Assembly (NCBI GenBank): GCA_044892505.1 | Contig: CM097882.1 | Location: forward strand, 543,492,001-543,556,000 | Direction: 5' to 3' | Length of the DNA stretch: 64,000 bases | Source: Schmidtea nova | Taxonomy: Eukaryota | Shown here: positions 11,991 to 24,912 of the stretch, in pieces | How positions within the stretch are numbered: position 1 is the stretch's first letter | Layout of the letters: every line of letters begins with the position of its first letter | Program-made: the position numbers and the translations under genes | Notes under the pieces: model-generated | Told to the model about the DNA's origin: nothing | Database searches by the model: none | Seen by the model: the letters and a program-made list of their open reading frames with translations, nothing else

Positions 11991-13705
11991 TAATCAAGAT
12001 AGAAAAAGATTTTAACAAAAAAGTTGATTATATACTTCATTCAAAATTATCCGGGCAAGAATGAAAAATTCAGAATTATAGATCAATGATTGGCTGCTTG
12101 TATACAGATGCAGAAAAACTAGCTACACGTGGCTCATATTAATCAATAATGTGTGGGACTATAGGTAGGCATACGAGTGGTATTTAGTCAGTCAGTTATC
12201 ATATTTAATTTACAGCTTCTGCTGCCAGCCTGACATACAAGCTGCTCCTGTGATTTTGAATTGAATAGTATCTAGCATCTTATACTTACTACTGCTATAG
12301 GAAATTTAAAAAAGCTAATAGAAACTAGATGTGATTTTGATGTTCAGACAGTCAACTAATCATTTCATGATATATTGGTCAACTAAAGGCCTGTTTGATT
12401 GTCCTTTATTTTAGCTATCATGGAGCCGGTGGGCCGGTCTCGACCAGAAGGTCGTAAGTTGAGTAAGCCTGCTCTAAACTTATTGTGCTTATTCAATGCG
12501 AATTTTGTCAACACACACACACACTTGTTGATAGGTTAGTTTTTTTATTTATTATTAAATTTCATGTTTTAATGTTTTTTAGAGTTTTATTAATTGAATG
12601 TAGGTACTTGTTTATGTAGTTGTTTAAACCAGTTAGATATTGACATCCAAGGAAGAGACACTTTTAATCATGCATTAAAAGCTTAAAAAATAATAAATAT
12701 GATCAGTAAATTGTCACTAAAAATTATATCTTAAATAAAACAAACTAAATTGCAAAATATATTTATGGTCAATTAGGTGATGCAATAGTTTTCAAATCAT
12801 TTGGAATTCATAGCACCATAGGCGATAATCAAATTTCTTCATAGTGCTAAGAGCATGCAAATATTTATAAAAATATTAATTTTATAATAGTCTCACTAGA
12901 ACACAAGATAAATAAAAAATACCGTAAAATCTCAAGAATAATGCACAAAATCTTTACTCGTGTTATCCAGATAAGGTTAGGATCAGTACAAAAATGTCAT
13001 TTTCAATATAGAATACGCTCACACGCCACCATGAAACACTCATACAATTTCAGATATTTTCATTTTTTTAAGACAAGACCTAAATTATTTCATGGGAACA
13101 CGAATTTTCATCTATTGTCAAAAAAATAGAAAATATCTGAAATTGAAAAAAATAAATCAATACAATCTTTTTCTTTTCAAAATCTTAAGGACACTACGTA
13201 AAACACGCGCATTATAGTCAAGATTTTACGGTAAATGTAAACATGATTATCTCATGCACATACTAGTAAATATTGTTTTTATTTCATTTACCTTGTAATA
13301 TTCGGGCACCATGGCGCACAGTTTGAAAACCTCCATCTTAATCAATAAAAATTATTTATTGCCTCCAAATTTGTTTTTAAAATTTTGGAATATGAATAAC
13401 AATTTCTAAAGTTACTTGATCAGTAAAAATAAAAATTTTAACTTTCTAACGCAATTTACCATGTAGATAAATCATTTCTATATTCACTCTACTATAAGCA
13501 AAGTGTATAAGCTGGATAAGTATAAATAAATCCGGATGTATATATTTGTATTCATCTATCAAGCTGTTCAGTGCATTTTGCCTCGAATGCTCTACACATT
13601 TCTCTGCTAATAGCAGATTCGAATTAGAAATGGTATATAATAATATTCAGTATGGGGTAAAAGGTAAAAGGTAAAAGTTAAAAGTTAAAAGGTAAAAGAG
13701 AAGAA

Positions 13706-14329
13706 TAAATGCCTCATATATATTATATAAACTAGTAATAAAAGTTCCATTTCTATTGGCAGAAAGAGAAAGATTAACGAGGAATGTGAAATTTAGATCT
13801 GTTATTTAAATCTGATGTTGGTGGAAGAAAGTCATTATCTTTACGTCTAATGCATAGGTCAACATCTGTGTCTAATTCTTCAAGTAAGTAATATGGTTTC
13901 TTGGGTACTGGAATTGAATCTGAGTGTGGTATTGGACAAGAAAAAAATTGAACATTTCAATATGATGTATTTCAAATTCTAGTGGCAATAAGAAAAGATT
14001 AACGCCTCATGTCAGATTAAATGCCTCATATATATTATATAAACTAGTAATAAAAGTTCCATTTCTATTGGCAGAAAGAGAAAGATTAACGAGGAATGTG
14101 AAATTTAGATCTGTTATTTAAATCTGATGTTGGTGGAAGAAAGTCATTATCTTTACGTCTAATGCATAGGTCAACATCTGTGTCTAATTCTTCAAGTAAG
14201 TAATATGGTTTCTTGGGTACTGGAATTGAATCTGAGTGTGGTATTGGACAAGAAAAAAATTGAACATTTCAATATGATGTATTTCAAATTCTAGTGGCAA
14301 TAAGAAAAGATTAACGCCTCATGTCAGAT
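13706..14329. repeat. Tandem direct duplication, 2 x 312 bp, preceded by a short (GGTAAAA)n array
   Basis: Units start at 13706 and 14018 and look identical by eye. Confidence 0.9.
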
Positions 14330-15589
14330 TATATGAATATTATGGGGTAGCTAGTATTTAACCAATTTCTAAGTCGATAATAAGAGCTACTGCAACAATA
14401 TTGCATCACCGAGTAGCCCCATCTACTTTTGTATCAAAACAAGCAGCATAAAGTTTTTGAATATGGTTAATAATTGTACGTTGTTTCATTATTTTGCAGA
14501 TACTAGCCACATATATAACAAAAGTTGTTCCTATCATTCTTACAATTGCGACTAGATGAAGTTACCATTTTATGTCAATCTACAATAAAAAAGGTATACA
14601 ATCACACTATGGACCAAAATGTAATTTAATTTAACTTAATTCAAAATTCTTTCTAGCAGGTGATAAATAAATTATACATATTAACTATGGACAGAATTGA
14701 TTCCAACACATTGCTAGTTATATTAACATACATTAAAAAAGCAACATAAGTAAATACAGATGGTAAACACAAAAAGACATCAAAAGGCTAACACCACAAA
14801 CCAAAAAAGTGCAATTTACATAAACACCACAAGTTAAAGAGATAAAAAAGTGCATTTTCAAAAGTTTCGTAAACTTTTAGGTTCCATTCATGCATTACAT
14901 TGCGTGTAAAAATATTGCTGATTGTGAAATCACATAATATCTGTAGATGTATTGTATCCAAAATTCGATAAAATGAATGGCAGAAAACTTGTTAATCTTT
15001 GTCAACAGGAAAGATGTAATGTTTCACCAATATAAAGCGCATCGCCACACCGAAATCAACATTCAAGAGAAGAGTAATTTGGAAAAAATGATTCATTCAA
15101 CACATTTGCATGAATACAATTATCATATAAATATGAAAAAAAATATTTTAATGGGAAATATGCTAATAAATTTAGGCGATATTAACAAATCTCTGATCAA
15201 CATCTTTCAAGATTAAGTCCAGAGAACTTTCAAAAAGAAAATTAGACATTTGATAAAAAAGATAATAAATTGCTGTTGCGATTAACCGGAAATATATTAC
15301 TGATAAAAGCTAACAGTTTTTATTTGAAGTTTTCAAAATTGTAAAAACCAACATAACTTATGCGACATTTCAAAATAAAAATATTTAATATTCGTTAGTT
15401 TTTTTCAATCTCTACGAGGTTATTCTAGATTATTTACTACTAGTGACCTTAATTCAAAAACAAAAAGTTTATTTAATAATTAAAAGTAATAATAATAAAA
15501 TTAATAATAATTGTTTGCAATGTATTTTTCCATTTTTAGGAAATTATTTTTCGGTATTTTTTTTAAAAAACACCGCTCGACAATGATGT

Positions 15590-15910
15590 CTGAGACAGAC
15601 CCAAAGCCGTTGTGAACAAAATACATTAAAGAGCCATAGTGGAAACTATTCCGAAATAGATCGAGCTCCAGCATGCGATTTAAGTATCAGAGTTATGGCT
15701 GTTCTTCGTCAACTCGCTGCAAAAGTAAAAGTGAAAGAGCTCGATAAAAGAGTATTTCATGAATTGACAGATGACCAGAAACTATGACTCTTAGAAATGT
15801 TTCCTTCATTGATGATTCGAAAGGATAAAACCATATTTTAAACATTCATTATATATGATGAAAAGTGAATTACCCGTGATAATAGAAAGGATCTAGACAA
15901 TGGTTAATGT
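15590..15910 (+). pseudogene. mariner transposase fragment
   Basis: KELDKRVFHELTDDQK..IIYDEK*ITRDNRK matches the WVPHEL and first-Asp DEKWI region. Confidence 0.7.
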
Positions 15911-15929
15911 AAATGGAACTCCAGGATAT

Positions 15930-16700
15930 GTACTCAGTTTTAAAGATTTATGTATTTATATTGACCAATAAAGAAACATTCAATAGAGATAATGCATCTT
16001 GACTATTTCGAAACAAGATGAAAAGACAATAATAAAGATCTGCTAAATAAATGGATATTGGTATTTGAAGCACTAAAAGAACTTCGTGTAGATTGTGGAA
16101 AATGTTTTGAATCAAACGGTATTAAAGAATTCACTAAGTCAAAAGGAATTAAAATAGATTTCTCTATCCATATTACCATAACATCAACGAGTAAATAGAA
16201 AGAAGATTTCGTGAAATCAGAGATTACATAAACCCATCGTTAATAGAACAAATCAGAAAATATTTGGCCGACAGAAGTCGAATACACATTGAAAGCGACA
16301 ATTCAGAAAACGATGGGAGTAAGCACAGTATAAATTATATTTCGTGGGAAGATTAAAGATCGAAATGGTATAGTAATAGCTCGATAAATAAAGAAAGCAT
16401 TAAAAAATAAGGAAGTAGAAATATCAAAGGAAAAATAAACTAAAACAATGAAAAACTTTGAAATAGAAGATACGTTTCTAATAAAGGGCGAAATTCATAA
16501 TAAAGCCCAAGAAAGATATGAAAGATCGTATACGATAATAAAGAAAATACACGAAAGGAACTATTTGTTAAAAAACGAAGAAATATAATCAGAAATATTT
16601 ATAAAAAGGATGAGAAATCAAGATTTTCAATTTTCAATTTCAATTACCAAAGTGGCAATACCGCTCCTTTATGGGTGGTACGTTAAATTAAGGGGGCGTT
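15930..16700 (+). pseudogene. Gypsy integrase 3' fragment with polypurine tract
   Basis: TISKQDEKTII..NKWIL..LRVDCGKCF..IERRFREIRDY, similar to the integrase at 23896-24807; aattaagggggcg near 16690. Confidence 0.65.
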
Positions 16701-17920
16701 GGAGGCCGGTCAATTAGATACCTAACTCAGGTGTTCGGGGTAACAAACCTGTTATTTACACATCTTCTGGACTTTTATTGTAACTCATGTAATTTTTTTC
16801 TCGATCGTTAACGTTTTTGTTCTGATTGGTTAGACATTAATTCATAAGAGAAAAAAAGAAGGGCAATCGACAAGTAAAAAAGTTGATGAGAAAGTCAATC
16901 AAATTTTCAGTCACTTCAATTTAATCAAAGTTGAAGATCACTCAAACTTTAATAAATAAAAAATATAGTTCAAGTTATTGTTTCTATTTATTATTTTATA
17001 TTCGTGACTGGGTCACACAAGTCTGATTACGTTTGTGGGGGGGGCATTGGTGAAAAGTTTTTAGAATCAAGAGGGCGGTGGCTCCTATATGTTTGGAAAT
17101 CACTGGTTAAACTGTTAAATATTTTTATTTTAATGTATATTTGCAAAGGTTGTTAAATAATAAATCTTAAAGCCTCAAAAAATTTGTTTAAAAACATTAT
17201 ATTATGAAATACCTTTTTTATATTTGGACTTATCTTATTATAACGAACTTAAAATGAAAAAAAACCGAATGCAATTCTAACACAAATAAAAAAGACTGGA
17301 TCAAATTTGTTTTTTATAGCACACAAATAAAGAAAGGCTGCACAGAATACTCGTGTGCTATAAAACAATTTTGAGTCTTTATATAAAAAAAAATTATATT
17401 ATTGCCTATCAATACCAAATTTTGGACTATGGGTTTAACATAAATTTTGTCAATTAGTTAAATATTCATTTAACATGTAAAACACATTGGAGAATTCTAA
17501 TTAACATCAAGCAACTTACAATGGTAATCAATTGCAAAGGCGATAATCTCGTTTCATAAATTTCCATTTATTAAATATTTCCCATTTTCCAAATTACTAT
17601 ATTAAAATTAACATTTTTTCTTTGAAATTTCTTCTATCCTCAGCAGATTTTTTTAAATTGAAAATATTATTGATTATTTTCTTATTTCATTAAAAACAAT
17701 TGTTGAAATTTTTGCAAATTTACCTTAGAAATTTCATTTTATATTTTCAATTATTTATTTATTAGTGTTTTTTGTTAATAAAAATAAGTTTCATTTTTAA
17801 TTATTTCAACAATTTAGATTAAAATTTTAAAATCAAGTTTGAATTTTACATTTGTGTCCGAATACGTAAAATACTTACAGTGGAATTATTTCTATTGAAA
17901 TAAGAATAATAATTTTTATA

Positions 17921-18500
17921 ACATAATTATCTTTTGGTTACACCTTTGATCTCTTTTTATTTATATCAATAATTTTTATACTTGTATGACTATAGACCAA
18001 AAATGTTTTTGGAGATTTTTGACCAAGATATTTCGGCACATCCTTTATCAAGTGTGTATTTCAATCGTTAATTTAATGATTGAAAATGATTTTGAATTTA
18101 GAATATAAAATATAAGTTTGACCGGAAAGTTTCTGCAGTCACATTGATCAATGAATATATATTTAACAAAGACAAATAATTTTATGAAGCAAATTAATCA
18201 TCCATATCATCGAGGAACTCAAAATAGTTTCCACCATGCTGGATGCAACGTTGCCAACGTGCAGGGAGCTTGTTAATTCATTAATTAATGCATCTTGAAT
18301 GGCATTAATTTTTCTAACTGCAGAAACTTTCTGGTCAAACCTGTAAATAATTAATTTTCTTATTTAGGATTAAGTTAATATAACGATTGAAATACAAACT
18401 TGATAAAGGCTGTGCCAAAATATCGTGTACTTACCAGTCAAAAAATCTCAAAAAAAATTTTGATCTATAGTCATACAATTATGAATATTGCTGATATAAA
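17921..18500. mobile_element. Same repeat family, copies C (-) and D (+) as an inverted pair
   Basis: Minus core acacacTTGATAAAGGATGTGCCGAAATATC at ~18027-18056; plus core TTGATAAAGGCTGTGCCAAAATATCGTGTAC at 18400-18430 (G12 lost). Confidence 0.75.
18113..18343. mobile_element. Tc1/mariner-type MITE
   Basis: ~27-bp TIR (t/c)a(a/g)gtttgacc(g/a)gaaagtttctgcagt with TA on both sides. Confidence 0.85.
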
Positions 18501-20438
18501 TAATTTTTATACTATTTATATTGACAGTGCATAAAATTTGCATTTAGAATCTTTTTTAATCTATTGTCATAAAAATAAAACATAAAATGAATCAAATTTA
18601 GATTATTTTACTGGATCTTGTGAATTTAAAGTTCTTAATTTGTTGATTGTAAGGAATGAATAAGAATTATTAAAATTCAGCCGCAGTTCTAACGATATAA
18701 ATTATTTCAAAATTAATAATTTACTAATTTTTTTGTATTTTCCTTCATTTAACGAGTTACACTCAATTATTATTACTGAAATTAATCAACATAATGAAAA
18801 CGGGAACTGATAGTGATAAGTTGAATAATAATTAATTATTAAATTAAAATTTTATGTGATGAAAACATTAATCTTGAGCAATGTAATTACGTATATTATC
18901 TCAATAAAATGATAAAATGGGAAAAATGTGTTTAATATAAGTACTTCCCTTTAGACAGCTAAGTTTTTCAAATGAAGGAAATGCAAATTCAATAAATTAA
19001 AATATATTCTACAATCAAAATTTCCCAAATGCAATTTTTAAAAAATAAATGAAAATAATATCGAATAAATAATAAATAATCTACGTCGATTTCAATATTT
19101 TGTTTAAATAAATGCTTTTAAAGGTTCACTCGAGTTACACTGACACTTTTGATAAACATAAATTTTTTACGAATTATTAATCTCATAAAAGTACATATAT
19201 TTAATTTATGATTTCTTTCCCGAGATTCCTACAGTCACAAACAGAATTATGGAAATTGATGATAACGATTTTGTCAGTGGAGATTCACTGAGAGAACTCA
19301 CGATTTCATACCTACAATAAAGGGAGAACTGAAGAAATCTGGAGAAACAATCATATTAAATTAACTATCATTGCCTACTGTTTACTAACACGCTTTTCTC
19401 ACAATTTATCAAATTTAATTAACGTAATAATTTACAATAAAATAAATGAAAAAAGCATTAATTCATGAAAGCATATAATTCGCCATTTGCGGTGAAAATC
19501 TCTCGATAAAATAATGTGAAAATACATTATATTATCTATAATACCTTAATTGCAACAAATTTTAAAATTGAAATGAAATAAAAATTTATTGACTATTGCA
19601 TAATGCTGCAAATTATTTTTTAGAGAATTTTCAGTTATAACATAATACTTATATAAAACTAATATTGACTGCCCTTCTTTCAAGTAAAAATTTAAAAATA
19701 AAAATATCGTATAAAACAAATAAAAAACATAATTATCCAAATTATTTTTTTTGTGAATTTTGCCTTATTTTAAATACAACCTATTTTATGTTCTTACAGT
19801 ATAATAATTCATTGCTATGCAAAACAGCACAAGTCCCATAGTTTGGTGACTGAAAAGGTGAATAAAATTTGTTAAATCTTTCTTTCAAATGTTAGCAACT
19901 TAAATTTTCTCCATTATTTTCGATTTTTACAATGCTATTTGTGACTATCAGTTGATAATATAAAGTAACAGCGATTCAGTTTCACTGAATTATTTTTTGA
20001 AACTTTTGTTTTATAGCCCAATATAACATCTATAAGCAGTAGAATAATTTCAAAAAACTATTACACTCATTTATGGATTTTTTCTTATTTATGGATTTTT
20101 ACTTATATATCACCAGTCTTAGAAAATAAGTCAACATATTTAGAAGGGCCATCAAACGTATTCTGTAAAGGCGCTCCTGGACATAATTACAATCCGAAGT
20201 ATGACTTCTGGCAATAGAGTAATACAATTTCAATTTTCCAGACATTATTAGTGATATTGTTAAACTTCCAATAAGCTATTGGATTAAGCAGTTTAAGTTG
20301 ACTATAATAATGATTAGTTGACTAAATATTTATTTAAGAGGCGAATCTTTTCTTCTTCAGCAACTGCTTCTGTTGAATCTACTTGTTCAGTTTCTTCAAC
20401 CGCTGCAATCTCAGCCACTTTTTAGATTTTACCAACAA

Positions 20439-20554
20439 AGTTATGAAATGTGTCAATATTAAAATAATAATAATATTGTTTTAATATTAACAAGTAAAAA
20501 AGTTGAGCATTGTTTTTAAATATAATTTGCATTATGAGTGAACAGACTTTTACT
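20439..20554 (+). repeat. 5' LTR (116 bp)
   Basis: Differs from the 3' LTR by 3 substitutions and one AAT indel by my count. Confidence 0.95.
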
Positions 20555-21523
20555 GGCGACCACGCAAAGGTGGAAACAATTCAAGCAGTTACAAGGCAAC
20601 AACGGAAACTCATCTTAGAGTCACTTCCGAAACAAGCACGAGATATCCTGAATTTTAATGTCAGGAAATTCAATGGAAGAAATACAGCAGAAGCAGAACT
20701 GTGGATGAAAGATATCGAAGATTGGCTTATGATGAACGAGTTGAGTCTAGTAAGCATTTTTGATTTATTATTGTCAGAAGAAGCTGGTATATTATGGAAG
20801 GATTATAAAATTCCAAATATTACCGATAAAGAGGCAAAAGAATGGTTAAGTGACACATTCACAAAGAAAAAGTCGATCACTGATAGAATATGTGATTTAG
20901 CAAGAGTTGAACAAGAAAAAAATGAAAAATTTGCAACTTTTGAAATTAGAGTAAAAAAATTACTTGATGATATCTTCGATTGTGGATTATCCAGAGAAGA
21001 AATTGTGAGAAATATTGTTACCAATAGGGTCCACAATGAACGGTTAAAGGAAAATTTTGTTTCTAATACCAAAATGTCAAGAGAAGAAATGCGAACATTA
21101 GCAAAGGTATTTGAATCAAACGATATCACGGAAAGAAACGTGCGTATTGAAGAAATTCAAGCAGTGGATAGAAGGTCATATGCAAATGCGGTTCGAGAAC
21201 GAAATACTCAGTGGGAGCGTAAAAGCAAACCAAAAGCAATAGTTCAAAATAACAGAGTATTTGAACCAAACCATCAGCGCAATATAACATATCAAGATAA
21301 ACAATTTAATAGTAGTAAACCTATATCAGAAGATCAGAGAGACAGAAAAACGAATGAATATGAAGAAAGAAGACAATTACCAACCGTATCGATGAAGCAT
21401 ATTGCACGGAGACTTTATAATAGATGTTGTGGATTGCCAGAGCCGAAAGAAGAGAAGTTGAAACCAGGCCAGTGTTTCTGTTGCGGTGAGAGCAATCATT
21501 TACGATTTCAGTGTCCTTTATAA
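20534..21523 (+). pseudogene. Gypsy gag; CCHC knuckle CFCCGESNHLRFQC, with a second knuckle CLICDKTGHTFRDC in frame just after a premature TAA
   Basis: ORF track plus hand translation past the stop at 21521-21523. Confidence 0.85.
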
Positions 21524-21770
21524 GATAGATGCTTGATTTGTGACAAAACCGGACACACGTTTAGAGACTGCCATGTAATTAAGAAGAATTTCGAAAGGAA
21601 ACAACACCAAGTATATTGAATACACGATGAAGAACAAGATGATTCAGAAATAATTAATGAACCCTTTTTACATGATGTAGAGTATCAAAAAAAAACCAAC
21701 GCAACACTGTCGTACACATTTCGTCGGTGGGGTCGAGTCAATAGGACAATCAAGAAATCGAAATGGAGTT

Positions 21771-24700
21771 ATGAAGGATGTGATGTATATGAAGGAAGAT
21801 GGTAGGAATTGGAGTAGAATTATTCTAAATGAAGTAGAAGTTGATATTTTGTGGGATTCTGGTGCGTCAATTAGCGTAATAAGTGAAGATTATTGGAAAC
21901 GTATTGGTTGTCCACCATTGATAAGTAGCAAAATAGTTTTGAGTGGTGTGTTTTCGAAAGAAAACGAAATGCCATTAGGAAGTATAAAGGTTAATGCGAA
22001 ATGAAACAAAAGGTCTAAAAATCTTGATATTGTTGTTGTGAAGAAGATATGTCCAGATTTTATAGGCGGTGTTGACACCATGAAGCAGTTCGGTCTAGAA
22101 TTGAAAGAGGTAAATAATTTTGAAGCTTCGTTAACAAAATTAACATTCACAAATGAAGAGAGAAGAGATAAGGCTCTACAATATATTAAATGCGAGAATA
22201 GTTCATCACTAGGTAAAATTATTTCAGACTTTAGCGATATTTTCATGGCATCGCGATTCGATCTTGGCCATACACGTTTAATAGAACACGAAATAAAAAC
22301 AACAGGACCACCGATATTACAGAATCCACGCAGACAACCAATTGGAGGCAGGCGTTATTAGAAGATGCCAGAGTCCTTGGAATTCACCTTTAGTGATTGT
22401 TGGAAAGAAGGATGGTTCGATCCGCATGTGTTTTGATTTTCGAAGATTGAATTCAGAAACGGAAAAATTTTCGTTTCCAATGCCCGATATGCAGTTATTA
22501 CTGGATTGTTTAAGTAAATCAAAGATATTTACAGCAATTGATCTAGGACAAGCGTATTACCAAGTCGAATTGCAGAAGGATTCACAAAATAAGACGGCGT
22601 TTAGTACTAAGGAAGGACAATTCTGTTTTAATCGTCAACTTTTCAAAGATTAATGCATAAAATACTGGAAGGGCTTATTTTCAAAGGAGTTGTTGTATAT
22701 CTGGATGATATACTAGTTTACGCAGAAAATCAAATTGATCACGATAAACTGTTGTTGGAGGTATTAACACGGATAAGAAACACAGGCTTGAGAATTAACC
22801 CGGAAAAGTGCTCGTTCAATAAGGTGGAAATCAACTTTATTGGTCATACAGTCAGTGGTGAAGGTGTTCAGACAAATAAGAAAAAAATAAACGAAATTGA
22901 AAATGCAGCAGTACCAGAATGTGTATCACAACTCAGGGCGTTTTTAGGACTCACAAACTATTACCGTCGATTTATAAAAAATTATACAAAGATTGCAGCA
23001 CCGTTATACGCAGCAACATCAGGTGGTGAAAAGAAAGTTATATGGTCAGAAGAATGTAACATTAGTTTTAATAACTTAAAGAAGACGTTATGTGAAGCAC
23101 CGATTTTAGAATTTCCGAGATCAGATCGAAAGTTTATCATTGATACAGATGCAAGTTTCGGAGCTGTAGGAGCAGTATTAAGCCAGATTAATGAAGAAGG
23201 CAGGGAAGTCATCATAGTATACGCATCAAGACATCTGACGACTCACGAAATGGGTTATTGTGTAACAAGAAAAGAATTATTAGCAGCCCATGAGTTCATT
23301 GTATATTTCAAACAGTATTTATATGGTAAAGAATTCGTCGCAAGAACCGATCACAAAGCTTTAACATTCATGAAGGACACAAAGAAGCCAATTAGCCCTC
23401 AATTACAAACTTGGATAGCTAATTTGTCGGAGTATAATTTCGAGTTACAGTACAGAAAAGGAGAAGATCATGGAAATGCTGATGGCTTATCTAGAATAAA
23501 AAATAACTTGTGCAGTCAATTCCAAACGAAACATAAGGACGCAAAAGAAAAAAATCGAAGATAAGATATATAAACAGTTTACAAGAAAATCCAAATATTT
23601 TAGAAATTATCAGAGTTAAGCAATTGGAAGACGCAAATTTAAGAGAACTTATAAAATATTTGAAAGATGAGATTGGTCAGGTTCCAAACTTTGTGGAACA
23701 AAGTTATTTTTTTCAAACATATAAAAGAACTGCAGATAAACGAACGGTTGTTATCAATGGAAATAGCTAACAAAATAGTTGTTATAGTTCCAGAGAAATA
23801 CACGGAAACATTGGTTAATTTTTTGCATAGGAATTATGTCAATTAGGTAGCAAGAAAACGGGAAGTTATATGAAAGATTTTTTTATTGGCCTAATATGAA
23901 TCAGGATATCAAAGAGATTATCAATAAATGCCAAATTTGTGCCAAGAGGAAAATAGAACAAGGAAGAACAAAGGAGATTTTATTACCAAGAACAGGGGAA
24001 CGATTCCTTCAGCAGATCATTGTTGACGTTGCGTATATGGAAAAGACGAAAGGGAATAAGAAATATGTGATTGTAATTATAGATAGATTTAGTAAACTTG
24101 TGAGTTTAACGGCAACTTCAAAACAAGACGAAAACACAATCGTTAATGTAATTTTGAATAACTGGATATACCGATATGGAAAGCCAGAAAGCATACTGAT
24201 AGATAGAGGTCGGGTTTTTGAAGGAACAATATGTCGAGAATGGATGAACAAGTTTGGGATAAAGCAAGAGTTTAGTTCACCTTACCAACATCAATCTAAT
24301 GGTTTGGCAGAACGTACTATAAGAACAGTTAGAGATATGATGAGTACATCTTTGAAAGGAGAACGTAATGAGAATAACTGGGCCGAGATATTACCGAGAA
24401 TTGAATTTTATCTCAATGCGACGAAACAAAGTACAACAAATTTCTCACCTTTTGAAATAGTCTACGGTAGGAAAATTAATTTGTTTTCTAATCCAGGATA
24501 TGTACTGCAAATGAAAGATGAGGTACTACATACGACAAAATCAAATTTAAATAAAGCCGCTACTTCTATGCAAGAAAGAGACATAAACAAACGAGGAACA
24601 AGGCTCTTCAAGGTGGGAGAGAAAGTATTAGTAAGAATTGAGCCAAACAAACGAAAAAAAAATGGCGAACAGTACGAAGGAGCTTTTGAAATTTTAAAAT

Positions 24701-24807
24701 TCTTGTCACCAAGACAAGTAGCACTACAATTCAAAAACTCAGTAGAAGACGAGACGAATCGAATGGTTGAAGAGATGGAAATCAAATCGAAGAGGGGAAA
24801 GTTATGA
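21771..24807 (+). pseudogene. Gypsy pol (protease, RT, RNase H, integrase), several frameshifts and stops
   Basis: LWDSGAS; FDFRRLN..VYLDDILV; IDTDAS..TDHKAL..NADGLSR; CQIC..IVDVAYM..IDRGRVF..SNGLAERTIR; YEGAFEI (GPY/F-like). Confidence 0.9.
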
Positions 24808-24912
24808 AATGTGTCAATATTAAAATAATAATGTTGTTTTAATATTCACAAGTAAAAAAGTTGAGCATTGTTTTTAAATATAATTTGCATTATGAATGAA
24901 CAGACTTTTACT
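24800..24912 (+). repeat. 3' LTR (113 bp)
   Basis: Follows the PPT and is followed by TSD AACAA. Confidence 0.95.

Larger units (their letters stand above)
20439..24912 (+). mobile_element. Full-length, disrupted Ty3/Gypsy LTR retrotransposon (4474 bp)
   Basis: LTRs 20439-20554 and 24800-24912 (AGT..ACT), 5-bp TSD AACAA, PBS TGGCGACCACG, PPT aagaggggaa; domain order gag-PR-RT-RH-IN. Confidence 0.95.

Noticed and set aside
13285-13345. Apparent small minus-strand exon with a GTAAAT donor
   Set aside because: The sequence (ggcaccatggcgcacagtttgaaaacc) resembles a hAT MITE end, so the splice signals are probably coincidental.
20340-20430. Glu/Ala-rich coding-like stretch (KVAEIAAVEETEQVDSTEAVAEEEK) left of the Gypsy
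   Set aside because: No splice sites or recognisable motif, and no continuation on the other side of the insertion.
20803-24785. Several minus-strand ORFs over the Gypsy element
   Set aside because: Antisense shadows of gag-pol with no independent features.
24560-24800. Possible env gene or endogenous virus in the AGT..ACT Gypsy
   Set aside because: The integrase tail runs directly into the PPT; there is no room for an env ORF.
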